DNA of 41,214 bases. Source: Octopus bimaculoides. Taxonomy: Eukaryota. This document shows, piece by piece, positions 36,009-41,214 of this stretch. The notes below the pieces were generated by a model. It was not told the origin of the DNA and made no database searches. It saw only the letters and a program-made list of their open reading frames with translations. Positions within the stretch are counted from its first letter, which is position 1. Each line of letters starts with the position of its first letter. Made by a program: the position numbers and the translations under genes. Location of the stretch: positions 143,840,508 through 143,881,721 of the forward strand of contig NC_068983.1 in assembly GCF_001194135.2 (NCBI RefSeq), written 5' to 3'.

Positions 36009-36402
36009 TTAATGTCGTTAGTTTTCTGAAAGCAGAAAAGTGCAATTTGAGGGAAGATTTTATGCTATTTCTAGTGTAGATGTTCTTTCATTGTCCGAAC
36101 TATTGTTTCCAGTGTCTTGACTTTAAATGTAAGACAAGTAATTGATCTGATACGAGATATATAATTCTGTGTCGAGCCGTAGACAGTGACCGTTGTAGGC
36201 TACAGTTGAACTTTGTCAAATATGTCTTCTTCAGCTTCGAATCAAAAGATAGTATCGTTATCATCAATCAAATAAGAAAGTTAGACATATCAAATATTTC
36301 ATGGGCGTATAGAATACCTACCACTCGCTATTAAAAAGCAGAAAAAAAAGAATATAACAATAAAAAATATAAATTAAAAACAGTGCGCTGACATACATAA
36401 AG

Positions 36403-36446
<44 letters not shown>

Positions 36447-36452
36447 ACTTTC

Positions 36453-36511
<59 letters not shown>

Positions 36512-37084
36512 ATGTACACGTACGCACACACATACGTATGTGTACATATGTGCATGTGTTTTAATGTGTATATGTTTGTAAGCATGTGCACGAGAGTTTA
36601 TATATCCACAAAAATATAAAGAGTATTGAAATGTTACTGAACGCTAGCTGATGAATGAAGGCATCTTTGTTCACTCCTCTTCTTTTATGTTTACTGTGCA
36701 CTTATGGTTTCACTACTATATTGCACTCCAGAGTATATCCATAAGTTTTATCCAACTCCATATGCAAACAAAGAGGGACGAGCAGGTTAGTTTCAATTCT
36801 ATGTTGGGATTCGTCAGCAACGAACACGTTGTTTAACTCTACAGGGAGACACTGTCTTTAAGCTCTCTATTTCTTAGGGCCTAAATAAATAGGATAGACC
36901 GATTTGCATATGTAATGCATTTTTGGTAGCTAGTTTGAGTAACAGTGTGTTAACTATATTTTGCTTCATTACTATACTGTACGACAGTGCATTTTTTCTT
37001 TTTAGCAAAAACCGTTTAAATAAGACAGATTAATGGATGTATTGCTCTCAATAGCCTACTCGTAGCCTCAGTAAGCTTTTTGCT

Positions 37085-37263
37085 TACTGTCTACTCGTCC
37101 CAGTGTTTCTGACAGTGATCTTTAAATGGCTTATTGAGATAGATATTCAGTTGTGTTTTTGTTTCGATGTCACTAGAAACAGGCGAGATATTGTCAATTA
37201 ACTATCACAATCTGTACCTACAGGTATCCAGCAACAATAGTGTATGCATGTGTGTGTGTGTAA

Positions 37264-37346
<83 letters not shown>

Positions 37347-37800
37347 GGTCTATTTGTGTCAATGTACGTAAGCATAAAAACTAGAGACTACACTGAATGT
37401 TACTGTATGAAAACTAATTATGTACTGGGTAAATTTTTACTCGTATCTGACTTAACGACAAAGGTTTGTTTTATGTATTTATAAAAGTTAACATGCTTGA
37501 AATCTTGACATAAGTATATTTTGAAGTGCAAAAATACGCAATTATTTCGTGTTACTATATAAACATTTTAACGTTATTTAACATGTCACAACATAACTTT
37601 CAAATAGCGGTCGAATTGCGATACCTATTTTTAATGTGCTTTTAATCTTGGGCATGATCTTAAATGCATCTTTACTCACCAGTCTCGAATCATCTTTTCT
37701 GTTTCATCATGTCTTGCAGCCGCACAGTTATTTATATTCCTAGGTATTCGACTGCTTTCAACTTAAAACTTATTTCATAATTCCTCTTTTATTTAAAGGG
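37085..37800 (-). mobile_element. pogo/Tigger-type DNA transposon relic (Brinker-type DNA-binding domain and DDE_1 remnants, internally deleted)
   Basis: FKLKAVEY...NNCAAARH...EKMIRDW (about 37680-37775) and QLNIYLNKPFKDHCQKHWDE (about 37095-37155; cf. QPLDVxxNKPFK). TIRs not found. Confidence 0.6.
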
Positions 37801-38142
37801 GAAATGACGGAGTCGTATAGCATGACTGGATTCTAATAATGTTAATCTGGAGAATGCTTGAAACAAAGTGACAACATGCACCTCCTTATGCAACTGTCAT
37901 TAAACAACGAGTTTCTGTGGTGATTGACTCTTCTGATGTCTATTGGCTAGCATACTGAAGCGCCACAGACCATCTTTTATCTGAACGCGATTGATTGGCA
38001 AAGTTCACTTGCGAAGTGGTGCAAACAGAACGTAGCTTTTTCAAACGGACTTCTTTCTTGAAGAATATGCACTTTATCGTTGTGAAATCGTGTCACATAT
38101 TACATTTATATTATAAAGATGCAAAACAAGCCTTCGTTGTTA

Positions 38143-38508
38143 TGTGTGTGTTGGCACTCCGTCGCTTACGACGACGAGGGTTCCAGCTGATCCGACCAAC
38201 GGAACAGCCTGCTCGTGAAATTAACGTGCCAGTGGCTGAGCACTCTAAAGACACGTGTACCCTTAACGTAGTTCTCGAGGACATTCAGCGTGACACAGAG
38301 TGTGACAAGGTTGGCCCTTCGAAATACAGGTACAAGAGAAACAGGAAGTAAGAGTGAGAGAATGTTGTGGTGGAAGAGTACAGCAGGGTTCGCCACCCTC
38401 CTGCCGGAGCCTCGTGGAGCTTTAGGTGTTTTCGAAAACCTGGGAATCGAAACTGCGATCCTATGACCGCGAGTCCGCTGCTCTAACCACTGGGCCATTG
38501 TGCCTCCA
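38143..38508 (-). mobile_element. SINE family A
   Basis: Head tggaggcacaatggcccagtggtta...; 11-bp TSD cttcgttgtta at 38132-38142 and 38511-38521. Confidence 0.92.
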
Positions 38509-39531
38509 CTCTTCGTTGTTAAAGTAGAGGTTAAAAATTTATCCGGTGCATAAATTTTTATACAATAGGTAGTTAAAACTATTTTTATTGCTCTACTTTT
38601 ATAATTTCATTATAATAGTGTGGGTCAAGATGTTTCAATAGGAAACATCCTGTGTCAGTTGTTTGTGAAACAGGTGTTGGGTCATTGTCATAATCAACCA
38701 TGCTAACAGTTTACCGTACATCAAAAGATTTAAAGTTCCTATTATCTTATAGTTGTAGTATAAGACGACTTCCTGTTTGGGGGAGATATTTTTAAGGTTA
38801 AATAGTCAACTTATACGTCGATGTAATACGCTGGTAATAATATAAATATAGTCTTAGTATAACTATTGAAGAATAATGTTAGAATTGAACATGCTATGAG
38901 GTGCATGTGTGTGAGTATGTGCGTATGTGTGTGTGTGAGAGAGAGAGAGAGAGAGGTAGGGAGAGAGAAAGAGAGGAGGAGAGAGAGAGTTAGGGAGAGT
39001 AAAGGAAAAAGGAAAGAAGAGAGAGGGGAGTAAAAAAGAGAAGATAAGAAACAAAAACTGCAATGTCAGAATACAAAGCATCAAAAGTGTAATGTTTATA
39101 TAAAACACCATTAGCGGTAGCGGTGGAGGTGGCGGCTTCTATGCTAAAAATAGCAAGAACAAGAACAACTGCATCAATAATAGTTATATCAGTTCTTGTT
39201 ATGGAGATGACATATTTCTCAACCTGAACGATATAGTTATAGTGAGCGAGAATTATACATACATACATACATACATACATACATACATACGTACATACAT
39301 ACATACGTACATACATATATACATTGTCAGTTAATTGTCCGTAAGTCAGAAATAAAAGCACACTCAATATAATTAATAAAATGGATTTTTGTGTTTATCT
39401 CTATTTTTGCCCCAACTTGCTCTCACCTTTTCTCTCTTTTCTTTTTGTATGCATTCACACACACACACACACACGTATGTATATATGTGCATATATATGT
39501 ATATATGCATATGTATATATGTGCATATGTA

Positions 39532-39569
<38 letters not shown>

Positions 39570-40383
39570 NNNNNNNNNNNNNNNNNNNNNNNNNNNNNNN
39601 NNNNNNNNNNNNNNNNNNNNNNNNNNNNNNNNNNNNNNNNNNNNNNNNNNNNNNNNNNNNNNNNNNNNNNNNNNNNNNNNNNNNNNNNNNNNNNNNNNNN
39701 NNNNNNNNNNNNNNNNNNNNNNNNNNNNNNNNNNNNNNNNNNNNNNNNNNNNNNNNNNNNNNNNNNNNNNNNNNNNNNNNNNNNNNNNNNNNNNNNNNNN
39801 NNNNNNNNNNNNNNNNNNNNNNNNNNNNNNNNNNNNNNNNNNNNNNNNNNNNNNNNNNNNNNNNNNNNNNNNNNNNNNNNNNNNNNNNNNNNNNNNNNNN
39901 NNNNNNNNNNNNNNNNNNNNNNNNNNNNNNNNNNNNNNNNNNNNNNNNNNNNNNNNNNNNNNNNNNNNNNNNNNNNNNNNNNNNNNNNNNNNNNNNNNNN
40001 NNNNNNNNNNNNNNNNNNNNNNNNNNNNNNNNNNNNNNNNNNNNNNNNNNNNNNNNNNNNNNNNNNNNNNNNNNNNNNNNNNNNNNNNNNNNNNNNNNNN
40101 NNNNNNNNNNNNNNNNNNNNNNNNNNNNNNNNNNNNNNNNNNNNNNNNNNNNNNNNNNNNNNNNNNNNNNNNNNNNNNNNNNNNNNNNNNNNNNNNNNNN
40201 NNNNNNNNNNNNNNNNNNNNNNNNNNNNNNNNNNNNNNNNNNNNNNNNNNNNNNNNNNNNNNNNNNNNNNNNNNNNNNNNNNNNNNNNNNNNNNNNNNNN
40301 NNNNNNNNNNNNNNNNNNNNNNNNNNNNNTATATATATATGTACATGTGTACATATATACATATATATATATGCATACATACA

Positions 40384-40425
<42 letters not shown>

Positions 40426-41029
40426 CGTACATATATGTATACCTGCACATATATGTATACCTGTATATATATGTGCGTGTGCGTGTGTATGTATGTGTAT
40501 ATTTCTATATATATGTGTGTGCGTATACACACACACATATATATAGATATGCATACATACACAAATATGACAAATACGAAAACCTACACGTAACCATAAC
40601 TCTGTTGGTAGACGTATAGATAGATGGACAGAAGCGATAAAGCTTGAACAAGATAAGTCCTCGAATTTTCCAGACGATTAGTTAAATTATTCTGGAACAG
40701 GTTAAAGGTGACGACAGTATTGCCACAACGCGATATATTTACTTTTTCATTTTCATGAATATACTTGTTGAAGAATTTTCCTTCATAGTAGGCGCATATA
40801 CCACAATATCTTGGTTAAGTGAACGATGTTTTGTCAAAACATTTGTTGACCTTAAATCAATGGTTTCAAATATATGCATGCACTAGTGATCAGTTGACAA
40901 TCAGCTGAGAATAGGATACAATACAAGGGAGTGGTTTTAAAGAATAAAAGAATGGCTGTATCCTAGTATGGCCACAGAATCAATGTTTAGATAGGTGAAC
41001 TATTTGGAGAGTGTGTATGCATATGCATA

Positions 41030-41166
41030 TGCATACATATATATTATATATGTTTGAATGTATGCTTGTATGTATGTATGTATATATATGTATATATATA
41101 TGTATATATATATATATATGTATATATATATACATATATATATATGTATATATATATATGTATATA

Positions 41167-41214
<48 letters not shown>
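41030..41214. repeat. (TA)n/(TATG)n microsatellite; others at about 5988-6033, 28066-28215, 36403-36510, 39470-39569, 40330-40560
   Basis: Read directly from the sequence. Confidence 0.96.

Larger units (their letters stand above)
1237..40329. other. Assembly gaps (12 N-runs, about 5.0 kb): 1237-2013, 2882-2891, 4937-4965, 6034-6307, 7342-7704, 9838-10744, 12947-13751, 18980-19036, 24309-24318, 27167-27407, 30208-31002, 39570-40329
   Basis: N runs, most flanked by microsatellites. Confidence 0.99.

Noticed and set aside
37940-38000. Two ATTGG (CCAAT) motifs suggesting a promoter
   Set aside because: Pentamers are expected by chance and there is no TSS or exon evidence.
711-40619. Most long ORFs in the six-frame track (CV, TH, YI, RE repeats and X-runs)
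   Set aside because: They are translations of microsatellites and assembly gaps, not genes.
1-41214. CRISPR array, rRNA or prokaryotic operons
   Set aside because: No repeat-spacer structure or rRNA similarity; the DNA is clearly eukaryotic and repeat-rich.

Overview
AT-rich, microsatellite-dense eukaryotic genomic DNA with 12 assembly gaps (about 5.0 kb of N). The SINE repertoire and repeat style point to a cephalopod, most likely Octopus; this is inferred from recall, not from a search. Almost all ORFs in the supplied track are artefacts of microsatellites or N-runs. Real content: (1) probable exons of an unidentified minus-strand protein-coding gene (terminal exon 2559-2739, internal exon 15579-15644, possibly 22287-22385), making much of the window intronic; (2) decayed retroelements: CR1/L2-group pieces, Tx1/L1-like ORF2 and ORF1, an R4/Dong-like RLE LINE 3' end, and Penelope-like (PLE) RT and GIY-YIG fragments; (3) three recurrent tRNA-derived SINE families, a hAT MITE with an 8-bp TSD and a pogo-type relic. 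The most interesting signal is a set of type I hammerhead ribozyme (HHR) motifs in several unrelated short repeats: a highly structured ~230-nt retrozyme-like element (2118-2348), a tRNA-headed SINE with a hammerhead in its 3' part (31291-31570), and PLE-type minimal hammerheads (6407-6442 plus decayed copies). The well-formed ones have palindromic stem III, and two share the same non-canonical CCGA core. All structures were paired by hand and none is shown to be active.
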